Below are positions 18,874 to 28,898 of a stretch of DNA of 64,000 bases, one piece after another (position 1 is the stretch's first letter; each line of letters starts with the position of its first letter). This stretch comes from Planctomycetota bacterium (GTDB lineage Bacteria > Planctomycetota > B15-G4). Where the stretch lies: contig CBDFJQ010000002.1 in NCBI GenBank assembly GCA_965248575.1, forward strand, positions 3,040,001-3,104,000, read 5' to 3'. The notes below the pieces were generated by a model, which was given only the letters and a program-made list of their open reading frames with translations, had not been told where the DNA came from and did no database searches. A program made the position numbers and the translations under genes.

Positions 18874-20273
18874 GCAGAGGCGCCCTGGGAGCCGAAAAGC
18901 GTCACCTGCTCCTTCCAGATCTGAGCAAGCTCGGCCGTCAGGTCCTTCACCACCTGGGCATCCACGCCTTCGACCATGACCCGCGCCAGGTCTTCGGTGC
19001 CGGAGTAGCGCAACACGATGCGGATGTCCGCCCCATGCTCGGCCTCGGCCGCTGCCACGCGCTCATTCAAGCCAGGCAGGCGATCGATGGGCGGCCGCGA
19101 CTCCAGGGGTACGTTGAGCAGCAGCTGTGGTACCTCGGGCACGGCGCTCACCACGTCCTCGAGCGTCTTGCCCGTGGCCACCAAGCCCTCCAGTACACGC
19201 AAGCCGGTGTAGAGCCCGTCGCCAGTGAAGTCGTTTTCGGAACCGAACAGCAGATGCCCTGATGCCTCGCCGCCCAACCCGAAGCCGCCCTCGCGCATGG
19301 CTGCATGCACGTAGCGATCACCGACGGATGTGCGCAACAGGCGGATTCCGCGCTCGGAGAGCATGCGTTCGAGACCCAGATTGCTCATGACGGTGGCCAC
19401 CACCGTGTCACCCAACAAGCTGCCCTGTTCGTGGAACCACGTCCCCAGGAAGCCCAGCATGTGGTCGCCGGTGCAGGTGCGGCCGCTGGCATCCACCATC
19501 AGGACGCGATCGGCATCCCCATCGAAGGCTAGCCCCAGGTCGAAGCCACCGCTGGCAGTTGCCGCCGCAATCGGACCGAGGTGGGTGGAACCGCAACCGT
19601 CGTTGATGTTGCGACCGTCGGGCTCGCAGGACAGCACCGTGACTTGGGCGCCCAATTCCTTGAGCACGAACGGCGCCGTGGAGCTGGCTGCGCCGTGGGC
19701 ACAATCCGCCGCCAAGCTCAGGCCGCCCAGATCCAGCTTGCCGAAGCGCTCCACCATGGCGCGCACATATCCGACGGCACCGTCTTCCAGGAGCGGAGCT
19801 GGCGCGATGCGACCTGTCTCCAACTCAGCTGGGGGTTCGGTCTCGGCCTCACCGCCGAGCGCTTCCACCCGGGCTTCCAAGGCACGCTCCTGATCGTCGG
19901 TGAGCTTGTGTCCGCCGGGGCCGAAGGTCTTCACCCCGTTGTCCCGCCACGGGTTGTGCGAGGCCGACACCACGACACCGCGCGAGGCACCGCGCACCCG
20001 CATGGCCATGGGCAGGCCGGGGGTCGGCAAGACGCCCAGATCGACCACCGACATGCCAGCCAGCGACAGGCCCTCCGCCAGGGCGGACACGATGGCCGGG
20101 CCGGATTCCCGGGTATCCCGGGCCAGCAAGACCTCGGTCGGGCCGTCGCCCTGATGATCCTCCATGGCCTGTTCGCCCATGGCACGGCCCAGGCGCACCA
20201 GGAAGGGCGCTGCCAACGGACCTTCCTCGGCACGTCCTCGGATACCGTCAGTGCCAAACCAGCGGCGGGTCAT
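18870..20273 (-). CDS. glmM: Phosphoglucosamine mutase
   Basis: FGTDGIRG, SASHNP, DGDADR, TVMSNLG, VGDRYV, GGEASGH and RYSGTE; follows cdaA-cdaR. Confidence 0.95.
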   Translation of the reverse strand: MTRRWFGTDGIRGRAEEGPLAAPFLVRLGRAMGEQAMEDHQGDGPTEVLLARDTRESGPAIVSALAEGLSLAGMSVVDLGVLPTPGLPMAMRVRGASRGVVVSASHNPWRDNGVKTFGPGGHKLTDDQERALEARVEALGGEAETEPPAELETGRIAPAPLLEDGAVGYVRAMVERFGKLDLGGLSLAADCAHGAASSTAPFVLKELGAQVTVLSCEPDGRNINDGCGSTHLGPIAAATASGGFDLGLAFDGDADRVLMVDASGRTCTGDHMLGFLGTWFHEQGSLLGDTVVATVMSNLGLERMLSERGIRLLRTSVGDRYVHAAMREGGFGLGGEASGHLLFGSENDFTGDGLYTGLRVLEGLVATGKTLEDVVSAVPEVPQLLLNVPLESRPPIDRLPGLNERVAAAEAEHGADIRIVLRYSGTEDLARVMVEGVDAQVVKDLTAELAQIWKEQVTLFGSQGASA

Positions 20274-21415
20274 GGAAGCTCTCCATCGGTGATCGTCTTG
20301 GGATCGGAGGTGGCGGACTCCAGGCTGTAATGGATTTCGGGCGGACGACCCTGAAGGTCCGTGACGTTCACCGAATCCGGAAGCCCATCCCGGTAGATCC
20401 TCACCGCCTCATCCCCCAGCGTGAGGGTGACCTGCCCCCAGTCGAAAACCGGCCGGATGCGGTCTGCCAATTGCTCCCTGGTGAGGCCCTCGAGCACGGA
20501 GCGCGGCCCGGTCACCTGCAGGTCCACGGTTTCAGTGGCGAACACGACACGCCGCTTGTTCAGCGTGAGGACGTCCGCGTTGTCGTAGCTCACGGGGATG
20601 GAAAGGAGCTGCTTGGTGATGTCCTTCGGCCGGATGGGGATGGACACCTCGACGGCCTGGCCCGCAGTGAGCAGGGTGACCTTGCGGTCAACCTTCTCCG
20701 CATCGAGCCCCACCTGCTGGCTGACCTCGAGGATGCGGCGTTCGATGTCGATGGGCATCAGCTTGAGTTGTGCCGGGTCGGCGGCGTAGAGCTCGACCTT
20801 CGAGACCGGCCCGGTGATGCGCGCCCGGTTGGGCACCACGCGAATGCTGCTGCCGTCGAAGGCATAACCGTCGCGTGGGCGCCCGACCACCACCACGTTG
20901 TCGGGCCCGAGGGTCACCTCAGCTTCGCTGCGTCGCGCCAGGGTCACGTCCAGCTTGTCGGGCTTCACCTGGAATTCCGTCAGGCTGGGTTCACCACCGC
21001 GCGCCTTGAACAGGTCCCGCCGCAGGGGAAGCGAGATCACCGCTTCGTCTTGCCCGCCCAAGGCATCCGCCTCGAACTCCAGCACCGCCGAGAGGTCGAG
21101 GTTGCGCACGTCATCCTTGTTGCCGCGAACGTCGACCCGAATGCTGTCGCGGGACTTGTAGAGCACGATGAACTCGGGCGGCACGACGAGGTAGATCGCC
21201 GGGGAGTTGTTCCGCAGTTGATCTGCCTCGGCCCGCGTGGCCACCTCTCGCACCTGCAACGGGATGCGCCGTTCGAGGGTGAGACGGTTCGCCAGCGAGT
21301 ACCAGAGGGCGACGGCCACGATCAAGGCGGTGATCTTGCGACCGATGTCCTGGCGGAACATCAGCCAGATGCGACGCCCCAGAGGGGGCTTGGGCTTGGG
21401 GCGCGCGCCGGTCAT
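20270..21415 (-). CDS. YbbR/CdaR-like membrane-anchored protein
   Basis: N-terminal TM KITALIVAVALWY and YbbR-like repeats (GRPRDGYAF...VVPNRARITGP; TVDLQVTGPRSVLE), positioned between cdaA and glmM. Confidence 0.8.
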   Translation of the reverse strand: MTGARPKPKPPLGRRIWLMFRQDIGRKITALIVAVALWYSLANRLTLERRIPLQVREVATRAEADQLRNNSPAIYLVVPPEFIVLYKSRDSIRVDVRGNKDDVRNLDLSAVLEFEADALGGQDEAVISLPLRRDLFKARGGEPSLTEFQVKPDKLDVTLARRSEAEVTLGPDNVVVVGRPRDGYAFDGSSIRVVPNRARITGPVSKVELYAADPAQLKLMPIDIERRILEVSQQVGLDAEKVDRKVTLLTAGQAVEVSIPIRPKDITKQLLSIPVSYDNADVLTLNKRRVVFATETVDLQVTGPRSVLEGLTREQLADRIRPVFDWGQVTLTLGDEAVRIYRDGLPDSVNVTDLQGRPPEIHYSLESATSDPKTITDGELP

Positions 21416-22269
21416 GTGGCCTGGACCTCCAGGTCATAGCCATCGAGGTGCTCCGTGAGGCGCTGGATCAAGCCCTCGGCCGAGGCCACGGGCATCAGCA
21501 CGCCGCGGTGCGTGACGCTCACTCGCCCGGTCTCTTCCGAGACGACCACCGTCACCGCGTCGCTCTCCTCGCTGACCCCCAGGGCGGCCCGGTGTCGGGT
21601 CCCCATCTCCATCGTGACGGCGAGCGAGTCGCTGAGGGGCAACATGCAGGAGGCTGCCACGATGCGCCCTTCACGGACGACGACCGCACCATCGTGCAGC
21701 GGGCTCTTCGGAAAGAAGATCGCCTGGATCAACGGCCCGGAGAGTTCGGAATCCAGCGGCACCCCGGAAGCCTGGATCGTCCCCAGCCCCGTGCGCTGCT
21801 CGAACACCACCAGTGCCCCCGTCTGCGAAGCAGCAAGGGCCTGGATGGCTGCCGTGAACTCCGCCAACTGCGCCGGCGCCTCACCGCGCAGGAGCCGCGC
21901 CCGCTCACTCAAGCGCGTGAAGCCCGTACGCAATTCGGGTTGAAAGAGGATCACGAGCACGACGCCGATGATAGGCAGCAGCACACCGCCCGCCGCCTCG
22001 AGACGGGGGAACTTCAACCCGAAGAACTCGACCATCAAGGTCAAGGCGAAGAACACGCCTAGGATGATGATGGCGACACCCTTCATGACCGCTAGACCGC
22101 GAGTGCCGTGCAAGAACTTCAGCACCACGTAGAACAGCCACGTGAGCAGCGCGATCTCGATCACGGCCGCCACGAGGTCCCGGGCCTGGAGCGGTTCGAG
22201 GTGCTCCAGGAACGGAATGTCGATCACGGCTGCAGGAAGAGCCATGGGCTGAAGACTCAACCAACTCAC
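21412..22269 (-). CDS. cdaA: Diadenylate cyclase, CdaA type
   Basis: Three N-terminal TM segments, ILFQPELR, PLHDGAVV (DGA), GTRHRAALG (RHR) and VVSEETG. Confidence 0.95.
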   Translation of the reverse strand: MSWLSLQPMALPAAVIDIPFLEHLEPLQARDLVAAVIEIALLTWLFYVVLKFLHGTRGLAVMKGVAIIILGVFFALTLMVEFFGLKFPRLEAAGGVLLPIIGVVLVILFQPELRTGFTRLSERARLLRGEAPAQLAEFTAAIQALAASQTGALVVFEQRTGLGTIQASGVPLDSELSGPLIQAIFFPKSPLHDGAVVVREGRIVAASCMLPLSDSLAVTMEMGTRHRAALGVSEESDAVTVVVSEETGRVSVTHRGVLMPVASAEGLIQRLTEHLDGYDLEVQAT

Positions 22270-23453
22270 GATTCGATGACCGCCCCCAAGGGCACGTTGG
22301 CCGCATCCAGCACGGCCCGGACCGTGTCCCCCAGCAGGGTGTCAGGCGTGGACGCTCCTGCGGTGAAACCGATGGTCACATCGCCCTCTGGCAGCCAGCC
22401 CTTGTTCACCACGATCTCGCCGGAATCCGGAGAACGATGCGTGATCTCATCCCCGTGGATCGCGTCGGGGCCCAGCACGTGGAAGCTCGGGAAGTCGTCC
22501 CCGCCCACGCGCGTGAGGTTCTTGGTGTTGCTGGAATCGTAGCCGCCCACCACCACCAGCAGATCGAGCGGGCCGCGACCCGCCATCTCGCCCACGGAGT
22601 CCTGGTTCTCCTGGGTGGCGCGACAAATGGTGTTCAGCTCGCGGAAGTGCTCCGTCTCATCGTCCGTTCCAAATTTGGCGTCGAGAGCGGCACGCACCAT
22701 CTCCTCGATCTCGCGCGTCTCCGCCGCCAGCATCGTGGTCTGGTTGATGGTGCCCACCTGCCGCAGGTGTTGCCCGGGGTCGAAGCCCTCGGAGTGTGCG
22801 TCGGAAGTCAGGGACGAGAGGAAGGCCTCGTGATCCACCGCCCCGGAGATCACATCGCACAAGCCTTGGGCTTCCACGCGATCGGCGACCACCAGGTAGT
22901 GCCCGCCGCGTGACGCGATCAGGCTGCAGGACGCGCGCGTCTCCTCGTGTTGCACCAGACCATGGATGATCGTGGTGAAGCCATCCTCCACGTACTTCAG
23001 GGTGCGCCTGTGCGGCCGGATCACCCAAGGGCAGGTGGTGTCGACGACGGTGCAGCCGAGGTCCTGCAGCATGTTGATGTCCTCGACCGTGGCCGAGAAG
23101 GCGGGAATCACCACGACGTCTTCGGGGCGCAGCGCCCCATTGATGCCCGGTTCGGAGAACGGCCCGCGCAAGAAGCACACGCCCATCTCCTTGAAGTCGG
23201 CATTCACCTGCGGGTTGTGGATGATCTGGTCAAGCAACCAGGTGCGCTTCCCGGGGTGCTCGCGCAAGGCATCGCGAACCATGGCCACGGCACGGTCGAC
23301 CCCCCAGCAGAACCCGAAGGTGCGGGCCGTCAGCACGCGCACACGACCAGCGTTGAGTTCGCCATCGCCGGCACGCAGCTGCTCGATGAGCGCACTTCGA
23401 TACGAGTATCGCTGTTGCGGGTCTTCGTAGCGTTCGGCGGAAAGGTCGGTCAT
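22266..23453 (-). CDS. ispH: 4-hydroxy-3-methylbut-2-enyl diphosphate reductase
   Basis: FGFCWGVDRAV, IIHNP, DTTCPWV, HEET, NQTTM, NTICRATQENQ, GGYDSSNT and TAGASTPD. Confidence 0.96.
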   Translation of the reverse strand: MTDLSAERYEDPQQRYSYRSALIEQLRAGDGELNAGRVRVLTARTFGFCWGVDRAVAMVRDALREHPGKRTWLLDQIIHNPQVNADFKEMGVCFLRGPFSEPGINGALRPEDVVVIPAFSATVEDINMLQDLGCTVVDTTCPWVIRPHRRTLKYVEDGFTTIIHGLVQHEETRASCSLIASRGGHYLVVADRVEAQGLCDVISGAVDHEAFLSSLTSDAHSEGFDPGQHLRQVGTINQTTMLAAETREIEEMVRAALDAKFGTDDETEHFRELNTICRATQENQDSVGEMAGRGPLDLLVVVGGYDSSNTKNLTRVGGDDFPSFHVLGPDAIHGDEITHRSPDSGEIVVNKGWLPEGDVTIGFTAGASTPDTLLGDTVRAVLDAANVPLGAVIES

Positions 23454-23480
23454 GAAAAGCGCTCCGGGTGCGGGGCTACC

Positions 23481-24320
23481 TTAGCCACGACCGCATTCCG
23501 AAGCCACCGAGACCGCATGAGCCACGGCCAGGGCATCGGACGCAGCCCTGCAATCGTGCACGCGCACGAAATCGATCCCCGCCTGAGAGGCCAGGATCGT
23601 CGTGGCGGTGGTGGCATGTTCCCGCCCCTGGACAGGCTGCCCCGTCAGCTTCCCGAGCATGGACTTCCTGGAACAGCCCAGGACACTGCGATGCCCTTGG
23701 CTCGTGAACAGCCTCAGGTTCGCCATCAGGGCCAGGTTGTCTTCGAGGCGCTTGCCAAAGCCGATACCAGGGTCCAGCAACAGCCGATCCATGGGGATGC
23801 CAGCGCTCACGGCGCCGTCGACTGAGCGCTTCAACTGCTCCAGCACCTCGGCCGGGGCGTCCTTGTAGGACGGGCTCGTTTGCATCGTTTGCGGCGAGCC
23901 CCGGCGGTGCATCAAGACAGCGGGCAATCCGGCCTCGGCAACCACATGGACGAGCCGCGGGTCGTGCTGGAGAGCCGATACATCGTTGAGCAGGTCGACA
24001 CCCACGCGCAGCGCGCGCTCCAGGACCGTGCTGCTGCTGGTGTCCAAGGAGAGCGGGACCTGCACCGCCTCCCGCAGGGCGGGGAGGGCCTCGGCGAGAC
24101 GCGCCCACTCCTCATCCACTGGAACCGGATCAGCACCAGGGCGCGTGGAGACAGCCCCGATGTCCAGCAGGGCGGCACCGTCCTCGACCATGCGGCGCGC
24201 CGCCTCGACCACCGCCTCGACGGACGCAAACTGCCCTCCGTCGCTGAAGCTGTCCGGCGTGAGATTCAAGATGCCCATGACGCGGGTGCGCCCGGGCGAA
24301 GGCAGTGGGCGACGCGTCAC
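23481..24320 (-). CDS. folP: Dihydropteroate synthase
   Basis: MGILNLTPDSFSDGG, STRPGA, LNDVSA, DPGIGFGK, SRKS and RVHD. GTG start at 24320 overlaps the ftsH stop. Confidence 0.96.
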   Translation of the reverse strand: MTRRPLPSPGRTRVMGILNLTPDSFSDGGQFASVEAVVEAARRMVEDGAALLDIGAVSTRPGADPVPVDEEWARLAEALPALREAVQVPLSLDTSSSTVLERALRVGVDLLNDVSALQHDPRLVHVVAEAGLPAVLMHRRGSPQTMQTSPSYKDAPAEVLEQLKRSVDGAVSAGIPMDRLLLDPGIGFGKRLEDNLALMANLRLFTSQGHRSVLGCSRKSMLGKLTGQPVQGREHATTATTILASQAGIDFVRVHDCRAASDALAVAHAVSVASECGRG

Positions 24321-26575
24321 GCGGGCCCGGGCACAGGCACCGAACCCCCACCAAAGCCCTCGTCCTGCTCGGGCTCTGTTTGCGGCGTTTCCTGGCCGCG
24401 CGCGCTCGGCGTGCCGCTCTCGGAATCCACCGACGGCGGCTCCTCCACCACGGGTCGCAGTTCCTCGACGCTCACGCCCGCCATGATGCGCCGCACGTCT
24501 TCGCTGCTGATGGTCTCGTAGCGCATGAGCGCCTCGGTCATGCACTCCACCTCGGCCCGGTTGGCGCCCAGGATCTCCTGGGCCGTCTTGTGCGCGTTCT
24601 CGAGAATACTCCGCACCTCGATGTCGATGGCTCGGGAGGTGTCCTCGGAGTAGTTCCGGTTGCGCATGAGCTCATTGCCCAGGAACACCTCGTCGCGGGA
24701 TTCTCCGTAGCAGACGGGGCCCAACACATCGCTCATGCCCCACGCGCAGACCATGTTGCGGGCGATCTCCGTGGCCCGTTCGATGTCATTCGATGCGCCG
24801 CCGGAGATGTCATCGCAGAACAGTTCCTCGGCCACGCGCCCGCCGTAGAGCATGGCCAACATGCCCAGCAACTCCTTGCGGCTGTGATGGTACTTGTCGC
24901 GCTCAGGGAGCTGCATGGTTGAACCCAACGCCATGCCTCGCGGAATGATGGTGACCTTGTGCACGGGCTCCACGACGTCCGGCAAATTGGCCGCCACGAT
25001 GGCGTGCCCCGACTCGTGGTAGGCGGTGATCTTGCGATCTTCGTCGATCAGCACACGGCTCTTCTTCTGCCGACCGAAGCGCACCTTGTCGCGGGCCTCC
25101 TCAAGGTCGTCTTGCTCGATGGACTCCTTGTTCTTGAGGGTCGCGAGCAACGCCGCCTCGTTGATCAGCGCCTCCAGCTCGGCACCGGAGAACATCGGTG
25201 TCCCCCGCGCCACCTCGGTCAGGTTTACATCGGGGCTCAGGATCACGCGCTGCGAGTGGACCACCAGGATGGCCTCGCGGCCGCGGATGTCTGGCAGGTC
25301 GAGGGCGATCTGGCGATCGAAACGCCCCGGGCGCATCAAGGCCGCATCCAGCACGTCCGGCCGGTTCGTGGCGGCGATCATGATCACGCCCGAATCGGTT
25401 TCGAAGCCGTCCATCTCCACCAGGATGGCGTTGAGCGTCTGCTCGCGCTCGTCATGCCCGCCGCCCAGGCCTGCGCCGCGCTTGCGACCCACGGCGTCGA
25501 TCTCATCCAGGAAGATGACGCACGGTGCGTTCTCCCGTGCTTGCTTGAAGAGGTCGCGCACGCGCGAGGCACCGACACCCACGAACATTTCGACGAAGTC
25601 ACTACCGCTGATGGCGAAGAAGGGCACGCTCGCCTCTCCGGCGATGGCCTTCGCCAAGAGCGTCTTGCCCGTACCAGGTGCGCCCACCAGCAACACACCT
25701 CGTGGCACACGCCCACCGAGCCGGCTGAAGTGCTTGGGATTCTTGAGGAAGGAGACGATCTCCTGCACTTCCTCCTTGGCCTCTTCCGCACCGGCCACCT
25801 CGTCGAAACTCACCTTCGACTGGTCCGGAGGGATCATCTTCACCTTGCTCTTGCCGAAGGACATGATCCCGCCCTGCCCGCCGCCGCCGCGCATCTGTCG
25901 CGTGAACAGGAAGAGGAAGAAGCCGATGAACAGCAGCCAGGGAACCAGCGTCAACAAGAGCCCGCCCCAGAGATCGCTGTCGGGCTCGTAGGAGACGTTG
26001 GTCTTCTCGCCCAAGGGCGCGGCCGCGATCTCCACCTCTTTGGCAGATGCAGCCTGAATGAATTCCCCCACGTACCTGGAGCCCGGCTCGCCCTTCAGGT
26101 GCGCCCAGTTGGACAGCCCGTTTGTCATGTAGTTGATGAAGACGCCCGTGTAGCCGCCACGCACGGGTGTGTTCACCGTGTAGCCGCTCAACAATCGCCA
26201 CGAACCATCGGCCACGTGTTCCGTGGCCAATTCGATGCCGACGCCGTCACGAATAGAACGGTTCGCCAGGCTCGCCAGCTCCGAGAGCTCGTCCGTGAAG
26301 TACTCGGGGACCTGCACCCCTTCCCAAAGCTGTGCCTCGCCCTTCCAGACCACGTCGGCATCGATGATGCGTTCGCCGCGGATGGTCAAGCGCACGATGT
26401 CGCCCGAATAGGCCAACGTGCGCAGGTTGTGGAACGTGCGGTCATCGCCACCCACAGGCGTGTAGTTCACGCTGCGCCAGATGATGAACACCATCGTCAG
26501 CACGAGGGCGAACGTCATGGCGTTGCCCATGCGGCTCGGCTGGGGGCGCGGAGGCTTCTGGGGGGGCGTGCTCAT
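24317..26575 (-). CDS. ftsH: ATP-dependent zinc metalloprotease FtsH
   Basis: Two TM helices, [38 protein letters not shown] and AYHESGHA. Start set at ATG 26575. Confidence 0.98.
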   Translation of the reverse strand: MSTPPQKPPRPQPSRMGNAMTFALVLTMVFIIWRSVNYTPVGGDDRTFHNLRTLAYSGDIVRLTIRGERIIDADVVWKGEAQLWEGVQVPEYFTDELSELASLANRSIRDGVGIELATEHVADGSWRLLSGYTVNTPVRGGYTGVFINYMTNGLSNWAHLKGEPGSRYVGEFIQAASAKEVEIAAAPLGEKTNVSYEPDSDLWGGLLLTLVPWLLFIGFFLFLFTRQMRGGGGQGGIMSFGKSKVKMIPPDQSKVSFDEVAGAEEAKEEVQEIVSFLKNPKHFSRLGGRVPRGVLLVGAPGTGKTLLAKAIAGEASVPFFAISGSDFVEMFVGVGASRVRDLFKQARENAPCVIFLDEIDAVGRKRGAGLGGGHDEREQTLNAILVEMDGFETDSGVIMIAATNRPDVLDAALMRPGRFDRQIALDLPDIRGREAILVVHSQRVILSPDVNLTEVARGTPMFSGAELEALINEAALLATLKNKESIEQDDLEEARDKVRFGRQKKSRVLIDEDRKITAYHESGHAIVAANLPDVVEPVHKVTIIPRGMALGSTMQLPERDKYHHSRKELLGMLAMLYGGRVAEELFCDDISGGASNDIERATEIARNMVCAWGMSDVLGPVCYGESRDEVFLGNELMRNRNYSEDTSRAIDIEVRSILENAHKTAQEILGANRAEVECMTEALMRYETISSEDVRRIMAGVSVEELRPVVEEPPSVDSESGTPSARGQETPQTEPEQDEGFGGGSVPVPGPA

Positions 26576-26576
26576 T

Positions 26577-27119
26577 CTATTCGAACTCCGTTTCCAACTC
26601 TCTGACGATGTCGCGCGCGAGGAAGGCAAAGGCCTCTCTGCGCGCGTCATCCAAGCCCCGATTCGGCGAAGATGCCGAATCGGAATTGACGAACTCGCCC
26701 CGCTGCGTCAAGCGCTTCGTCTTGATGACGACACCGGTGCGAGCGTCCTTGATTTCAATGACTGCTGTCACGCTCGTCGAGCGGGAGGTGACGTCTTGTT
26801 GGGGGTCCTCGGATAGCACGGTCTGCCTCACATTGACGACTCGGCCTGAGAGAAGGATTTCTGCTCCCTCCTTGCTCGACAGGCGCAGACCGGGTCTTGA
26901 AAGGATCTCGCGATGAACGTGCTCGGTGAGTTCAAACTCCACATCCCGATAGAAGGTTTCGTTGAGAAAATAACCAACGAAGACTTCGTCACGGTCCTTT
27001 GCGAAGAGCCCACCCCGCTTGAGTTGGACACAGCCCCCGAGCACCCCGATGCCTACAAGGGCGATCAGGCCCAGCAGCGCCAGGCGGTTCCTGCGGAAGC
27101 AGCGGCTCAGGGGAATCAT
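26577..27119 (-). CDS. lptE: LPS assembly lipoprotein LptE-like
   Basis: Lipobox VLGGC; VFVGYFLNETFYRDVEFELTE, AEILLSGRV and C-terminal LARDIVRELE; follows bamD. Confidence 0.75.
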   Translation of the reverse strand: MIPLSRCFRRNRLALLGLIALVGIGVLGGCVQLKRGGLFAKDRDEVFVGYFLNETFYRDVEFELTEHVHREILSRPGLRLSSKEGAEILLSGRVVNVRQTVLSEDPQQDVTSRSTSVTAVIEIKDARTGVVIKTKRLTQRGEFVNSDSASSPNRGLDDARREAFAFLARDIVRELETEFE

Positions 27120-28075
27120 GATTCGGGGTCCGGAAGAACCACGAAGGTATCCGTCGACGACAGCCGCGCCTCGTTCTGAAGTTGCTTCAAGTCGAAGCCC
27201 ATGGCCTGCAGCCGCCCCAGCGCATCCCGGCCGGCCTCGGTCCCTCCGAACAACAGCGCCGCGTTGGCCAGCCTGACGCGCTCTCCATCCGGATTACCGC
27301 GAGCGGCATAGAAGTTGGCGACCAGGACCTCGCCCCGTGCCAAGAGCTCCGTGACCCGGTTCAGATCAGCCCGGGCCTCCACAGCCTTGGCCCCGTAGGG
27401 ATGCTGCTCCAACGAGAGCTCGAGCAGCTTCTTCGCCCTCAGCATCTCGTCGCGGTTGTATTCGGGCCCGAAGACCAGCTTCAGCCGGTAGTGCCCTGCC
27501 AGCCACAGGCTGCGCTCGGCCCACTTGCTCTCGGGGTACTGCCGGTACAGCTGCTCATGGGTGAGCGCGGCCTCAAGCCACTCGCGCACATCCTCGCGTC
27601 CGAAGTAGTCGCCCACCAGGCGCAGGGATTCGTCGGCCCAATCGCCCTGTCGGTAATGGGCCTGGAGCGACTCCAGCGCCTCCACGCCCCGTGACCGGGA
27701 GTCGAACCAACCCCCGTACTCCTCCAGCGCCAGGAAGGCGACGCCGATCTCGTACAGGCGGTCTTCGATGTCCACCACATGGGGTGACCAGGGAGCGTTC
27801 TCCAGCACCTCGCGATACAGCCGGTAGGCCTTGAGGTGTCGCCCCAAGGCGAGCGCCGCTTCGGCCGCGATGAAGTTGGCATCCGCCTCGATGTCCAGCT
27901 CGAGGTTGCGGTCCACCAGCACCCGCTCCGCCAGGTCCAGGGCTTCGTCATGACGCCCCCACTCGAGGTAGGTGCGAGCCGACTCCAACTCATCCATGCC
28001 CTCCAACGGACGAACCGAGCTGCACGCCGCCAGGGCAGAGCACAGCAACAGCGCGAAGACGCGGGAGAAGGTCAT
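27116..28075 (-). CDS. bamD: Outer membrane protein assembly factor BamD-like TPR lipoprotein
   Basis: ATG 28075 with lipobox LAAC; TPRs ending LENAPWSPH, LYRQYPESKW and LEQHPYGA, plus EVLVANFY. Confidence 0.75.
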   Translation of the reverse strand: MTFSRVFALLLCSALAACSSVRPLEGMDELESARTYLEWGRHDEALDLAERVLVDRNLELDIEADANFIAAEAALALGRHLKAYRLYREVLENAPWSPHVVDIEDRLYEIGVAFLALEEYGGWFDSRSRGVEALESLQAHYRQGDWADESLRLVGDYFGREDVREWLEAALTHEQLYRQYPESKWAERSLWLAGHYRLKLVFGPEYNRDEMLRAKKLLELSLEQHPYGAKAVEARADLNRVTELLARGEVLVANFYAARGNPDGERVRLANAALLFGGTEAGRDALGRLQAMGFDLKQLQNEARLSSTDTFVVLPDPES

Positions 28076-28089
28076 GAGGCGGGCAGCCC

Positions 28090-28851
28090 TCAGGCGGAAC
28101 GATGGAGCACGTGACAACGGGTGGGTCGCTCCATGACGTGGAGTAGACACCGATCGTAGTAACGCTTCATTTGATGTTCGATGCCGATCGGTAGCGCAAT
28201 TTCGGCCGCTTTTCGAGGGTCGGCGAGCCGGAACGAACGGATGGCCCGCGCGGCTGATGTCGACAGATCGAAGGAGTGGTCCTGCCCCGTACGGCATGTA
28301 CGGCAAACGATCCCGCCTCGCTCTGGGTCGCATCGCAGCATCCGGGAGCCCTCGGGCTGCCGGTCACAGGACACGCATCGATCGAGGACAAGCTCGAATC
28401 CGGTGAGTCTAAGCATCCCGCCTTGGAGCGCAAACACCACCGCAGGCAGCCGATCTGGCGCTGGATCGGCCTCCAGGGCCTCCAGATAGGCCGTAGCTTG
28501 CCGGTACATGGCGGAGACCCGTTGTCCCTCCGGGGCCATGGCCTGCAGCAGCTCCACCAGGTACTCACCGGCCAGGAGCAGGTCGGTGCGGCCGCGCATG
28601 ACCGGGTGATGGGAAAGAATGCGGCGCTCGCCCAGCTGAGCCAGGGATCGGCTGCCACGGCGACTGAAATACGTCAGCACGCAATGGTCGAGCAGATCCA
28701 CGCCGCCTCCCTTGCGGGCCTTGGGCCGGTGGACCCCCTTCAGGATGAGCGAAACCCGACCCTGGTCCTTGGTCAGGAATTCCGCAATCTGGCTCGTCTC
28801 GCCAAAGGGCGTTCGTCGGAGCGCGATGGCCTCAGTGGTGGCTCGTCCCAT
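28090..28851 (-). CDS. recO: DNA repair protein RecO
   Basis: EAIALRRTPFGETSQIAEFLTKDQGRVSLILKG and zinc finger CVSC...CRTC. Confidence 0.93.
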   Translation of the reverse strand: MGRATTEAIALRRTPFGETSQIAEFLTKDQGRVSLILKGVHRPKARKGGGVDLLDHCVLTYFSRRGSRSLAQLGERRILSHHPVMRGRTDLLLAGEYLVELLQAMAPEGQRVSAMYRQATAYLEALEADPAPDRLPAVVFALQGGMLRLTGFELVLDRCVSCDRQPEGSRMLRCDPERGGIVCRTCRTGQDHSFDLSTSAARAIRSFRLADPRKAAEIALPIGIEHQMKRYYDRCLLHVMERPTRCHVLHRSA

Positions 28852-28898
28852 CGCTTGCTAGCCTACCGTTCCTGGCGGTCGGGCCCGCGACCGGACTC

